From: Candidatus Latescibacterota bacterium
Lineage (GTDB): Bacteria; Latescibacterota; UBA2968; UBA8231
Assembly: GCA_965203355.1 (NCBI GenBank)
Contig: OZ241889.1
Coordinates: 3,776,001 to 3,840,000, forward strand
Direction: 5' to 3'
DNA length: 64,000 bases
Notes under the pieces: model-generated
What the model was told of the DNA's origin: nothing
Database searches by the model: none
What the model saw: only the letters and a program-made list of their open reading frames with translations
Part shown: positions 36,286-46,746 of the stretch, in pieces
Numbering within the stretch: position 1 is the first letter of the stretch
How the letters are laid out: each line of letters begins with the position of its first letter
Position numbers and translations under genes: made by a program

Positions 36286-37380
36286 ATGGAAACGCCCACT
36301 TCAATCTATGGAACGCGCCTGCGAGCGGCCCTCTGCGTCTTGAGCTTGCTGCTCGGCACCGGCTGCGGCGACGACAGCGACGCGCCCATCGGACCAGCCG
36401 CAGCCGAGTTCGACTTTGCGCCCATCTTGAGCAACTTCACCGACAACGTCGTCATTGCCACGTACGCGGACTTGGACCAGCGGGCGGGCGAACTGCACAC
36501 GGCGGTCGAGGCCCTGCGCCGCGCGCCTACGGCTGAAAACCTCCGGGCGGCGCGGGACGCTTGGGTGGCTACGCGCATCCCTTGGGAAGCCAGCGAAGGG
36601 TTTCTCTTTGGCCCGGTGGACTTCAACGGCTACGATCCAGCGCTCGACAGTTGGCCGGTCAACCGCACGGACTTGGACGGGGTGCTGGCCAGCGACAACG
36701 ACTTGACCGCCGCGTACGTGAACAGTCTGGACGGAACCCTCAAGGGCTTCCACACCATCGAGTACCTGCTCTTTGACGAAGGCGGCCGCAAGACGGCGGC
36801 TGATTTCACCGAGCGCGAGTTTGCCTATCTGAGCGCCACGACCCAAGACTTGCGGGCCACGGCCAGCGCCCTGCACAACAGCTGGATTCCGGCCGGCGGC
36901 AACTTTGGCCAAAAGGTCCGCGACGCCGGCAACGGCAGCGACGCCTATCCGTCGGCCCAGTCGGCAGTCCAGGAAATGGTCAACGGCATGATCGGCATCT
37001 GCGACGAAGTGGCCAACGGCAAAATCGCCGACCCCTTCGTCGAGCAAGATACCCGCCTCGTCGAATCCCAATTCAGCTTCAATTCTATCGCCGACTTCCA
37101 AGACAATCTCCGCAGCGTCCTGCACGTCTATACCGGCGACTACGCGGACCCCGACGGAGCGGGCTTGGACGAATTTATCCGCCAAGCCGACGCCGACCTC
37201 GATCGGCGGCTCAAACGGGAAATCCAAGCGGCCATTGACGAGATCGGCCGTATTCAGCAGCCCTTCCGCGACGCCATTTTCTCGGATCGCGATCAAATCG
37301 AAACAGCGCAGACAGCCGTGGCCAAAGTCCAGCAAACCTTGGAAGAAGATATTCTGCCGTTGGTGTTGCGTTCTTCGTAA
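36286..37380 (+). CDS. Imelysin-family (IrpA-like) iron-regulated lipoprotein
   Basis: Lipobox LGTGC, WEASEGFLFGP, LDSWP, GFHTIE (GxHxxE), VESQFS. Confidence 0.9.
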   Translation: METPTSIYGTRLRAALCVLSLLLGTGCGDDSDAPIGPAAAEFDFAPILSNFTDNVVIATYADLDQRAGELHTAVEALRRAPTAENLRAARDAWVATRIPWEASEGFLFGPVDFNGYDPALDSWPVNRTDLDGVLASDNDLTAAYVNSLDGTLKGFHTIEYLLFDEGGRKTAADFTEREFAYLSATTQDLRATASALHNSWIPAGGNFGQKVRDAGNGSDAYPSAQSAVQEMVNGMIGICDEVANGKIADPFVEQDTRLVESQFSFNSIADFQDNLRSVLHVYTGDYADPDGAGLDEFIRQADADLDRRLKREIQAAIDEIGRIQQPFRDAIFSDRDQIETAQTAVAKVQQTLEEDILPLVLRSS

Positions 37381-38759
37381 TGATCGTTATCCGCATTTCC
37401 GCGCTCTGTCTGGGCCTCCTCCACTGCGGCGACGATCGGGGGTTAGCCCCGACTCCGGCGGCCGACGACCGCGCCTTATCCGGCGGGGCGGCAACGGTTT
37501 TTGACGCCAGCAGTCTGGCGTTTGAAAATCCCATTCCCTCGTTGGACGGGATGGCAATGGACCGTTTTTTCGCTGGGGACGCGGCCTTTGAACAGGTCTT
37601 TGTCACCTCGCCAGCCGCGGTCGGGCATGGCCTCGGGCCGGTTTTCAATCAGACCTCGTGCGCGGGCTGTCACGCGCGGGACGGCCGGGGGCGCGAAGGC
37701 TTTGGCGAGGTCTCCCCTTTTATCGGCTCCATGCTCATGCGCGTCAGCCTGCCCGGCACCAATCCCCAAGTGCCCGGCGGCCCCCAGCCCGTGCCGGGCT
37801 TTGGCGAGCAGATCGGAGATCGCGCCGTTTTCGGGGTCGTGCCCGAAGCGCGGGTCACAGTCGCGTACTTTGAGGAGACCCGCCATTTTGCCGACGGCAC
37901 AGCGTACTCCCTGCGCTTTCCGCTGTACGACGTAGTGGAGACCTATCAGCCGCTGCCGGCGGGCGTCCTGTTCTCGCCGCGCATGGCGCCGCCGGTTTTT
38001 GGCCGCGGCCTGCTCGAAGCCATCCCCGCCGAGACCATACTGGCCCTGGCCGACCCCGGCGACCGCAATGGCGACGGCATCTCCGGTCGACCCAATCGAG
38101 TGTACAACTTCCGCACGCGACAAACTGAATTGGGCCGCTTTGGCCTCAAGGCCAACAATCCCGATTTGTTGCAGCAGGTCGCCGGGGCTTACCACCAAGA
38201 CATGGGCATCACCAGCCCCTATTTCACCCGGGAATCTACCGCCGGTCAGCCGCAAATGGACGACCACCAAGACGACCCTGAAATTGGCCAAGAGACCTTG
38301 GACATCAACACCTTTTACATCCAAACCCTAGCGGTGCCCGCCCGCCGCAACCTCGGCGATCCGCAGGCGTTGCGCGGCGAAGAACTCTTTGCCAAGGCCC
38401 GGTGCTCGGGGTGCCACATCCCCACCCTGCGGACGGGGCAGCACGAGATTGCGGCCCTAGCCAACCAGACCATTCATCCCTACACGGATCTGCTGTTGCA
38501 CGATATGGGAGAAGAACTCGCCGATGACCGGCCCGACTTTGAGGCCGATGGCCGCGAATGGCGCACGCCGCCGCTGTGGGGCATTGGCCTGACGGCAACG
38601 GTCAACGGCATTCCAGCCTATCTACACGATGGACGAGCGCGCACGCTGATGGAAGCCATCATGTTCCACGGCGGCGAGGCCGAAGCAGCGCGAGAATACG
38701 TGCATCAACTCGACCCGAGCGACCGGGACGCGCTCGTGGCCTTTTTGCAGTCGCTATAA
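37380..38759 (+). CDS. Di-heme oxidoreductase (DHOR) family cytochrome c
   Basis: CAGCH and CSGCH heme sites, GLGPVFN, YTDLLLHDMG, WRTPPLWG, LHDGRAR. Confidence 0.92.
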   Translation: MIVIRISALCLGLLHCGDDRGLAPTPAADDRALSGGAATVFDASSLAFENPIPSLDGMAMDRFFAGDAAFEQVFVTSPAAVGHGLGPVFNQTSCAGCHARDGRGREGFGEVSPFIGSMLMRVSLPGTNPQVPGGPQPVPGFGEQIGDRAVFGVVPEARVTVAYFEETRHFADGTAYSLRFPLYDVVETYQPLPAGVLFSPRMAPPVFGRGLLEAIPAETILALADPGDRNGDGISGRPNRVYNFRTRQTELGRFGLKANNPDLLQQVAGAYHQDMGITSPYFTRESTAGQPQMDDHQDDPEIGQETLDINTFYIQTLAVPARRNLGDPQALRGEELFAKARCSGCHIPTLRTGQHEIAALANQTIHPYTDLLLHDMGEELADDRPDFEADGREWRTPPLWGIGLTATVNGIPAYLHDGRARTLMEAIMFHGGEAEAAREYVHQLDPSDRDALVAFLQSL

Positions 38760-38976
38760 GGAAAAACGATGTAACGACGTTATAACGCCCAAATAAAAAG
38801 AGGCTATTGGCTGCGCCTGCCAGCACTTCGCCAATAGCCCGTCGAGAACTTAGCACCGATATGACCCAAACCGGCGTGTGCCGGCCTGAGCATATCTGAG
38901 CTTTTTTGTCTCTGTAGAGAACATAATGACTGGTCTTTACGCGGTCAAAAATCTACAACAGCAAAACGGAGCAGTG

Positions 38977-40032
38977 ATGATCAAAAAAAAGAAGCAAGCA
39001 GTCAGCGTTGCCAAACACCGGCGCTGGAAGCTAAAGACACTCAAACTAGTGCGCCGACTACACCTCTATGCGGGGCTGTTACTACTCCCTTGGGTACTGT
39101 TATTCGGCGTCAGCGGGCTTTTATTTAACCATCCAAACTGGGCATCGTCGCGCCACATCGTCCACCATGCTGACGCCAAAGCTGTGCAGGCCACGACGGG
39201 ATTCGCAGCACTTGACGCCGATGAGCTCGCTCGCCAGATCGTTACCCAACTCAACGCCGATAATGGCAACAGTTTCACTGTAGCTCAGGAGACCAAAGCC
39301 AAGCTCATAGGGCGGTTAATCGCACGTATTCCCGGCGTCAACGCTCAGCACACTGTGACTATAAACCTCACCGACGGTAGCGCTCGGATCGAGACCGCCA
39401 ACGAGACCCCAGAACCCGAATCACCGCCCTTTGCCGGTCAGGCCGTACCCATTGACGCACCCGACTTTGCCACTGTCGGCGATAACTCGATCGATCTACT
39501 CGCTGGCACTGGACTTAAGGCGGCGGGGCCCGCCCGCATACGGACGCGCCCGGCACCTGTATTGCAGTTCGAGTTGCACGACAAAGACGGGCGCACTTGG
39601 CATGCGACATATAACCTGATTAGGGGGACGCTCGACGGCCGCCTAGCTGATGCTGGAACAGGTTTCAGTTTTCGCGAGGCTGTTACTCGCCTGCATCAGT
39701 TGAAAATGTACCCCGACCAAATCGGCACACGTTGGTTGTGGACCCTGCTCGCCGACGCCACCGCCTTCACCCTGATCTTCTGGGCCGTGTCGGGCTTGAT
39801 TATGTGGTTGCAAATCCGGCCGACGCGTCTGCTAGGGATAGCGGGACTTAGTATCGCCACTGGCATAGCGTGGTTGGCAATCGCCGGTACCCTCGGCGAG
39901 ATCGGATTTGGTCGGACAACGCACCAGCACGGCGGCCCAAGTACCCAACCGCAGCAGTCCTCGCACCACTCGAGCATCGGAAGCCAGCATAAGGCCGCTT
40001 ACCCGTCGCAAAACAAAAATAATCAGCGGTGA
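38977..40032 (+). CDS. PepSY-associated TM-helix protein
   Basis: RRLHLYAGL..SGLLFNHP, second RLH motif, SGLIMW. Confidence 0.75.
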   Translation: MIKKKKQAVSVAKHRRWKLKTLKLVRRLHLYAGLLLLPWVLLFGVSGLLFNHPNWASSRHIVHHADAKAVQATTGFAALDADELARQIVTQLNADNGNSFTVAQETKAKLIGRLIARIPGVNAQHTVTINLTDGSARIETANETPEPESPPFAGQAVPIDAPDFATVGDNSIDLLAGTGLKAAGPARIRTRPAPVLQFELHDKDGRTWHATYNLIRGTLDGRLADAGTGFSFREAVTRLHQLKMYPDQIGTRWLWTLLADATAFTLIFWAVSGLIMWLQIRPTRLLGIAGLSIATGIAWLAIAGTLGEIGFGRTTHQHGGPSTQPQQSSHHSSIGSQHKAAYPSQNKNNQR

Positions 40033-40065
40033 ACTCTCACCTACACCCTAATGGAAGGAGACATT

Positions 40066-42420
40066 ATGGATGGTTTTACGCGAACACACCGGAAAAACAG
40101 CGCAGTTTTTGCCGTTTTCTCTTTTGTCTGCACCGTGCTACTACTCAACGGCCCGTTGGCATTTGCCCAAGAACAGACCGGGCACATAGAAGGCCGCGTA
40201 GTCAACGCACAAAACCTACCGATGCCTAAAACGCATATTGTCTTACCCGGCACCAAGTTAGACGCCGTTGTTTCTACCGAGGGGACCTTCGTCCTCCGTC
40301 GGGTGCCGACCGGCACGTACACTCTGATAGCATCCTTCGTCGGCTATGATAGCATCGAACAAAAGATCGTGGTCGAGGCCGGCCAAGTGACCCGGCTCGC
40401 CATAACCATGCAACAACGGCCAATTACGCTAGCGGAGATAGAGGTATTTGGCGTCGATAAAGTGCAAGCAGTGCAAAGCCGGAGAGTGGGTATTTCCGAA
40501 GGCGCGCAACTAATCGCTGCCGACTACATGCGCGCTCAACAAGCCAGCACTTTAGCCGATGCCCTGAGAAAAACGACCAGCGTACAGGTGGATGAGGAAG
40601 GCGGCCAACAAGGCAGCCTCGTGTACGTACGCGGTTTTACTGGCGACCAAGTCAGCTTACGAGTCGAAGGGGCACCTAAAAACTTCAATCAAGTACGACA
40701 CGGTGGCGCCAATACCATCTGGCTGGAGCCGGATATGTATAAAGGTGTTACTGTCGTTCCCGGCGTTGCCTCGAATATCTACGGAAACGGCTCGTTGGGT
40801 GGCATAATTCTGCTGGAGACTAAAGACCCTGAAGATGTACTCAAAGGAATTAAACGCTGGGGTTTGAATGTCCGCAGTGGATACGAGAGCAATGGTGTGA
40901 GCTATTACAATAGTGTTGATGGTGCCCATCAACTTACGGAAAAACTAGCCGTTTTAGGCACGTATGTGCGGAGGGATACAGACGCATATAAAGACGGCGA
41001 TGGTTTTCGGGCACTTTTAGGATCGACCGGAACAAAAGATAACAATTTGTTATTAAAAAGTGCCTATCATATCGCTGAGGGCCAGTACCTCGAACTGGGT
41101 TACGTTGGTTTGTATAAAGACTACACGGCCCGTACGACCTCCGGTAGTGGTGCGTATCTCGACCCAGCCGACACGCAAATTGAAGACGAAACTTGGTCCG
41201 CGGAATACAATCTAATCCCTAGAAATAGACCATTGTTGAACCTCAATGCTCGTTTCAGTTACAATAAAATTGAACGAGATCGCTTGGTAGTAGGCGAAAC
41301 AGAACGCGATATCTGGGGCGTGGACACTGGCTATTTCGAGTTGGAAAACGTCAGCACCTTACAGCAAGGGACCAATGTCTTCCATCAAGTTCGCTACGGC
41401 CTAGACTACACTCGGGACAACGTTCTAACGGCCTATGACGATATACGCCGCAAGCGGACACAATACGGTATTTACGCGAGCGACGGCATGGCCCTTGGCA
41501 AGAGCTTAGAACTGGTCGGCAGCGTTCGCTACGACCGTTTTGAAAATAGCCATCCTGCACAAGGCTCTAGCACAGCAATTGCAATATCTCCCAAACTACA
41601 CGCAACTTGGAAACTATTTGAACGTAGAAAGGCAGGAAATCTGAGCGTTTATGGGGTGGCCGGTAAAGGTTTTCGTGTGCCCTCCGTACACGAGGCTTAT
41701 AGGAACAATGGCGAACCTTCGTGCGGACGCAGTAGTTGCAGCGAAACCGCACCCAATCCCCACCTCAGAGGAGAAGCTAGCACCAGTTGGGAGCTTGGTT
41801 TCCGCTTTGGTCAAACAAATCTGATCCATTCGGGCGATGAGTTGAATTTCCAGTTCGGCTATAACAACAATACCGTTGACAATCTCATTGCGCTAACAAC
41901 CATAAATGAGTATGCGGCTGACATTGATGGCGATGGCTCAGACGACCTCGTCGAGGTTCGGCAATACACCAACATCAATAAGGCATATATTGGCGGCTTT
42001 GAACTCTCGTTAAACTATGCAGGAGCTATGGGATTCGCTGCTGTTACCGCACAAACTACGGATGGTGAAGATGGTGAGGGCATTAAGCTAGCGGATATTA
42101 ACCCAGCCAGCCTTAATGCCACTATAGGCACGTATGTTTTCGACGGTAGAGCGCGGATAGGGCTTGACGTGACAAGTCGAAAAGAGAGAAAATACATCCA
42201 GCGAGGTGTAGAGAGACGACGTGCTGGTTATGCGCTTTACGACATCTTTGGTTCGTACCAATTCAATCAAAATCTTTCGCTACAGGTGCGAGCTGAAAAC
42301 GCCTTTGATACACTCTACAGCAAGCGCAGCATTATCGTAGATCGCGACGGGAATGATGTCACTACGTACTCACCCGGTCGCAATCTCAAGCTGACGATTG
42401 GCTATAATTGGGCGCACTAG
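40066..42420 (+). CDS. TonB-dependent receptor (heme/iron-chelate type) with N-terminal carboxypeptidase-regulatory-like domain
   Basis: AAGGAG RBS, plug motifs (YVRGF, YGNGSLGGII), FRVP/NPHL similar to FRAP/NPNL, ENAFD..PGRN; markedly lower GC. Confidence 0.9.
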   Translation: MDGFTRTHRKNSAVFAVFSFVCTVLLLNGPLAFAQEQTGHIEGRVVNAQNLPMPKTHIVLPGTKLDAVVSTEGTFVLRRVPTGTYTLIASFVGYDSIEQKIVVEAGQVTRLAITMQQRPITLAEIEVFGVDKVQAVQSRRVGISEGAQLIAADYMRAQQASTLADALRKTTSVQVDEEGGQQGSLVYVRGFTGDQVSLRVEGAPKNFNQVRHGGANTIWLEPDMYKGVTVVPGVASNIYGNGSLGGIILLETKDPEDVLKGIKRWGLNVRSGYESNGVSYYNSVDGAHQLTEKLAVLGTYVRRDTDAYKDGDGFRALLGSTGTKDNNLLLKSAYHIAEGQYLELGYVGLYKDYTARTTSGSGAYLDPADTQIEDETWSAEYNLIPRNRPLLNLNARFSYNKIERDRLVVGETERDIWGVDTGYFELENVSTLQQGTNVFHQVRYGLDYTRDNVLTAYDDIRRKRTQYGIYASDGMALGKSLELVGSVRYDRFENSHPAQGSSTAIAISPKLHATWKLFERRKAGNLSVYGVAGKGFRVPSVHEAYRNNGEPSCGRSSCSETAPNPHLRGEASTSWELGFRFGQTNLIHSGDELNFQFGYNNNTVDNLIALTTINEYAADIDGDGSDDLVEVRQYTNINKAYIGGFELSLNYAGAMGFAAVTAQTTDGEDGEGIKLADINPASLNATIGTYVFDGRARIGLDVTSRKERKYIQRGVERRRAGYALYDIFGSYQFNQNLSLQVRAENAFDTLYSKRSIIVDRDGNDVTTYSPGRNLKLTIGYNWAH

Positions 42421-42847
42421 CCACCACGAGCCGGCGACATCTGGCGATTATCCTGACACTATCTGGACCGGGCATAGATGCCGATCTAGCCGTGGCGATG
42501 GGGATCGGACCTGCAAGCGCTCGTCAAGAAACTTGCCTGCCCCTTGCCTGTGCTCGGTCATCGCCGCTCTTTGCGATTCCCTGTCGGCCTGCTTTCGCGA
42601 GGTCAAAAGTAAGCCTCTAGGCCTGGTTCTCTACCATGCCTCGCACCGTATATGCACATCTGCATATATTTGCGGGGACGTGAACCCAGTTTCGCGCCCC
42701 ATTACAACGCCTCGTGTGACATCGCACTGACATTTCCATTCGCAACATTGCCCCCACCTCGGCGGTTGGGTACATTGAGCTTTTATAGGCAAGCGCAGGG
42801 AAAATACCTGCACCGCATTGGCTATTGAAATCGCAGAGGAGAAAGAC

Positions 42848-43972
42848 ATGAGTCAGATACAGGCGGCGATCATGACCGGCCCCGGCCAAATCGCCGTGCG
42901 CTCGTATCCCAAACCCCAAATCGGCGACGACGAAGTCCTCTTGAAGATCGAACGCACCGGCATCTGCGGCAGCGATAAGCACATGTTCGCCGGCCACATG
43001 GCCCTGCCGTTTCCCGTGATACCCGGGCACGAATTAGTCGGCATCATCGAGGAGATGGGGCCGGCCGCGGCCGATAACTTGGCCCTAGTCGGCGGCCCGG
43101 TCGCCGTGGGAGACCGCGTGACGACAACGCCCTCGTCGCGGGCCTGTGGGCGGTGCTACTACTGCCTGCACATGCCCCAGCGACCCACCCTGTGCTCCAA
43201 CCGCTTTGTGTACGGATTCGTGTCCGCCGATCTCGCCCCCATGCCGCGCGGCGGCTTTGCCGAATACCTGCATTTAACCGGCCATTCGTGGCTCTTCAAA
43301 ATCCCGGACGACCTGCCTTCGGAACGGGCTGTGCTCACCGAGCCAGCCGCCGTGGCCACCCGCGCCGTAGAGCGCGCCTTAGGGCCGGGCATCCCGCACA
43401 TCGGCGAAGGGCTGGGCCTCGACAAATCCGTGCTGGTCCTCGGCGCCGGCCCCATTGGCCAGCTTGTGGTAGCGGTACTGAGCCACGTCGGCACCGACTT
43501 GATTATCGCCGGCGACCTGAGCGCGGCCCGGCTGGAACTCGCCCGCGCCATGGGGGCTCATCAAGTGCTCGCAATGGGCGAAGGCAGCCCCGAGCAACGC
43601 CAGCAAGCCCTCCACGACATGACCGAGGGCGTGGGGGCCGATATCGTCATTGAAACAGCCGGCGTACCCGTAGCCTTCAAAGAATCGCTCGACTTGGTGC
43701 GCCGGGGTGGCATCGTCGTGGAGGTGGGGCACTTCACCGATCCAGGAGGCGTGAAAATCCACCCGCACATCGTCTGTTTTAAGGATTTGGACATCCGCGG
43801 CATGTGGGCCTATCCTTCCATGCAGTTCAAGACCGCGCTATCCTTCCTGCGGCGCACGACCGCGCCTTTAGACCGCTTTATCACCCATCGGCTGCCGCTG
43901 TCCCACATCCGCGAGGGCCTCGACATTACCGGCGGCGAAGAAGCCATGAAGGTAGTGATAGAGCCTTTTTAA
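42848..43972 (+). CDS. Zinc-dependent alcohol dehydrogenase (MDR family)
   Basis: GICGSDKH, GHE, CGRCYYC..C, GAGPIG. Confidence 0.92.
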   Translation: MSQIQAAIMTGPGQIAVRSYPKPQIGDDEVLLKIERTGICGSDKHMFAGHMALPFPVIPGHELVGIIEEMGPAAADNLALVGGPVAVGDRVTTTPSSRACGRCYYCLHMPQRPTLCSNRFVYGFVSADLAPMPRGGFAEYLHLTGHSWLFKIPDDLPSERAVLTEPAAVATRAVERALGPGIPHIGEGLGLDKSVLVLGAGPIGQLVVAVLSHVGTDLIIAGDLSAARLELARAMGAHQVLAMGEGSPEQRQQALHDMTEGVGADIVIETAGVPVAFKESLDLVRRGGIVVEVGHFTDPGGVKIHPHIVCFKDLDIRGMWAYPSMQFKTALSFLRRTTAPLDRFITHRLPLSHIREGLDITGGEEAMKVVIEPF

Positions 43973-43997
43973 GGCCCACCCAACTTAGGAAAGAGAA

Positions 43998-45161
43998 ATG
44001 GCAATACTACGACCTAAGATCCTCGTCGTCGATGACGAGCCCGATCTAGAGCACCTAGTAAGGCAGCGCATGCGCCGCGAAATCCGCTCGGGCGAGTACA
44101 GTTTTACGTTTGCCCAAAACGGCGTTGAAGCCCTAGAACTGCTAAGCCAAGATCAAGACATCGACATGGTGCTTTCGGATATCAACATGCCCCGAATGGA
44201 CGGGCTTACCTTGCTAGAACAGATCCCCAAAGTAGATCCCAACATCCGCTCGGTCATCGTCTCGGCATACGGCGACATGAAGAACATCCGCACGGCTATG
44301 AACCGGGGCGCGTTTGACTTTATCACCAAGCCCATCGACTTCGAGGACATGAAGGTGACCATCCAGCGCACCTTGAGCCATCTAGCGCTGTGGCGCGAGG
44401 CCCTGGAATCGCGCGACAAATTGGTCGCCCTGCAAAACGAACTCAGCGTGGCCAACAAAATGCAGCAGTCCATCTTGCCCACCAGTTTCCCCACCGGTCG
44501 TGGCTTTGAAGTTTTCGGCAGCATGAAGCCGGCGCGCGACGTCGGCGGCGACTTTTTCGATGTCTTGTCCCTAGAGGACGGCCGCCTCGGTCTCGTCGTC
44601 GCCGATGTCTCGGACAAAGGCGTACCGGCCGCCCTGTTTATGATGTCGAGCCGCACCTTGCTCAAAGGCGCGGCCATTGGCCTCGATTCGCCAGGCAAGG
44701 TGTTGAGCGAGGTAAATCAACTGCTGCAAGAAGAAAACGACGCCGCCATGTTCGTAACCGTCTTTTACGCAACGTTCAACCCCGCAACCGGCGAGTTAGC
44801 CTATGCCAATGGAGGGCACAATACGCCGTTGGTAGTACACGCCGACGGTAGCTCGACCGCGATTCCGCCGACCGGCGGAGTGGCACTCGGCGTGGTGCCC
44901 GAATTTACCTTTGACGAAAGCTCCATAACCTTGCAACCCGGCGACCGCGTCGTCTTGTACACCGATGGCGTCACCGAGGCCGAAAACGACCAAGGCGACC
45001 AGTTCGAGCTAGCGCGCCTGTGCGAGATTTTCGCCAACGGGACGCCGATGGATGCCCGCTCCACCAACGCGGCGGTTTTGGCGGCGGTCGAGGCCTTTGC
45101 CGGCGATGCCCCTCAATTTGACGACGTCACTTGCCTGACGCTGCGCCGGACCGACCCATGA
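43998..45161 (+). CDS. Response regulator-PP2C (RsbU/SpoIIE) phosphatase
   Basis: REC domain plus VGGDFFD, ADVSDKG, YTDGVTEA, DDVT. Confidence 0.93.
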   Translation: MAILRPKILVVDDEPDLEHLVRQRMRREIRSGEYSFTFAQNGVEALELLSQDQDIDMVLSDINMPRMDGLTLLEQIPKVDPNIRSVIVSAYGDMKNIRTAMNRGAFDFITKPIDFEDMKVTIQRTLSHLALWREALESRDKLVALQNELSVANKMQQSILPTSFPTGRGFEVFGSMKPARDVGGDFFDVLSLEDGRLGLVVADVSDKGVPAALFMMSSRTLLKGAAIGLDSPGKVLSEVNQLLQEENDAAMFVTVFYATFNPATGELAYANGGHNTPLVVHADGSSTAIPPTGGVALGVVPEFTFDESSITLQPGDRVVLYTDGVTEAENDQGDQFELARLCEIFANGTPMDARSTNAAVLAAVEAFAGDAPQFDDVTCLTLRRTDP

Positions 45162-45580
45162 GCGCGCAAAGATCGCTAGTCATAGCGACCGAACTGGACG
45201 AACTACACAAGGTCAACGCCGCTATCGAAGAACTGGCGGAGGAAGAAAACTGGTCGCCAGACATCACCTTTCAGATTGGGCTCGCCGTTGAGGAATTGGG
45301 GGTCAACATCGTCAACTACGGGCACGACGACGACCAAGCCCACGAAATCAAGATCGCCATTTCCTCAGAGGACGAGGTGATCACCATTGCGGTTGAGGAC
45401 GACGGACGCGCCTTCAATCCGCTCCTCGACGCGCCAAAGCCAGACTTGGATTCCGAGGTGGCGGACCGCACCGTGGGCGGCCTCGGCATCTATCTCGTAC
45501 TCAAAATGATGGACGAGGTCCGCTACCAGCGACGGCAAAACAAGAACTGCCTGACCTTGGTCAAGCGGAGGGATAGTTGA
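45158..45580 (+). CDS. RsbW-like anti-sigma factor / Ser kinase
   Basis: LAVEELGVNIVNYG, DDGRAFNP, GGLGIYLV. Confidence 0.9.
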   Translation: MSAQRSLVIATELDELHKVNAAIEELAEEENWSPDITFQIGLAVEELGVNIVNYGHDDDQAHEIKIAISSEDEVITIAVEDDGRAFNPLLDAPKPDLDSEVADRTVGGLGIYLVLKMMDEVRYQRRQNKNCLTLVKRRDS

Positions 45581-46746
45581 GTAGCACACTTGCTCGATGC
45601 GCGGCCGCGCTGCTAGTGGCGAGTGCTGCGCTTGGCGACGAACAGCCCGGCGTCTCCGACCAGAGTATCCTCTTCGGCCAATCCGCCGCCTTTAGCGGCC
45701 CAGCCCAGGAGTTGGGCCGGAACATGCGGCTCGGAATGCAGGCCGCCTTCCGCGAGGTGAACGAACAGGGGGGGCTCCACGGCCGCCGGCTCGAACTGGT
45801 GTCGCTCGACGACGGGTACGAGCCGGAAGCCGCCATCGACAATACCCGCCAGTTGATCGAAGGGGAGCGGGTCTTCGCGCTGATCGGCGCCGTCGGCACC
45901 CCGACCTCGCGCGCCGCTGTCCCCATTGCCGAGGACGCTGGCGTCCCCTACATCGCTCCCTTCACCGGCAGCAACTTTCTCCGCGATCCCAAGTGGCGCG
46001 GTGTGGTCAACCTGCGCGCCTCCTACTATCAGGAAACCGAAGAAATCGTCGCCCGCCTAACTGAAGACTTGGGCATTGAGCGCATTGCCATCATGTATCA
46101 AGACGACTCCTTTGGCCGAGAGGGGTTTCACGGCGTGCGCCGCGCGCTAGCGCGTCGCCAGCTATCGCTCGTGGCGGTCGGCGTGTATCCGCGCAACACC
46201 AAGGCGGTAAAAACCGCTCTACTCGACCTGCGCAGCGGCCAGCCCCAAGCCGTTATCTTGGTTGGCACCTACCAGCCAGTCGCCACCCTCATCGCCTGGG
46301 CGCAAGTGACGAATTTCACCCCCATCTTTGTGACCATCTCCTTCGTGGGCAGTAAAGCATTGGCGCGCGAACTCGGCCCGGCCGGCACCGGGGTTATCGT
46401 CTCCCAAGTCGTGCCCTTCCCAACAGCCGCCGAGCCGGCCATCGTCGGCTCGTACCACCGCGCACTCGCGGCCTACGCTCCGCGCGCCGAGCCGAGCTTT
46501 GTCTCATTCGAAGGCTACCTAGCCGGTCGCTTGGCGGCCGCCGCCCTGGCCGACTGCGGCCGAGCAGTTAGTCGCGCCTGCCTGTTAGGCAACTTGCGCC
46601 GCACCAAAGTCATCGACCTAGAAGGGTTCAATCTCCGCTACGGCGAAGGCGATAATCAGGGTTCGGACGCGGTATTCCTCACCGTGCTCGGCAGCGACGG
46701 CCAATACCGCCCCATCCAATCCTTGAAAAGCGCGACCCAGCCATGA
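45577..46746 (+). CDS. LIV-type periplasmic ligand-binding protein
   Basis: FGQSAAFSGP, DDGYEP, VGTPT, RASY..E; coupled to the kinase gene. Confidence 0.88.
   Translation: MSSTLARCAAALLVASAALGDEQPGVSDQSILFGQSAAFSGPAQELGRNMRLGMQAAFREVNEQGGLHGRRLELVSLDDGYEPEAAIDNTRQLIEGERVFALIGAVGTPTSRAAVPIAEDAGVPYIAPFTGSNFLRDPKWRGVVNLRASYYQETEEIVARLTEDLGIERIAIMYQDDSFGREGFHGVRRALARRQLSLVAVGVYPRNTKAVKTALLDLRSGQPQAVILVGTYQPVATLIAWAQVTNFTPIFVTISFVGSKALARELGPAGTGVIVSQVVPFPTAAEPAIVGSYHRALAAYAPRAEPSFVSFEGYLAGRLAAAALADCGRAVSRACLLGNLRRTKVIDLEGFNLRYGEGDNQGSDAVFLTVLGSDGQYRPIQSLKSATQP

Noticed and set aside
38760-38925. Possible TPP riboswitch or Fur box before the PepSY gene
   Set aside because: Only CTGAG fragments are present; the conserved cores are missing.
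42421-42817. Possible cobalamin riboswitch or small ORFs after the TonB receptor
   Set aside because: Weak motif resemblance, wrong position, no coherent coding frame.
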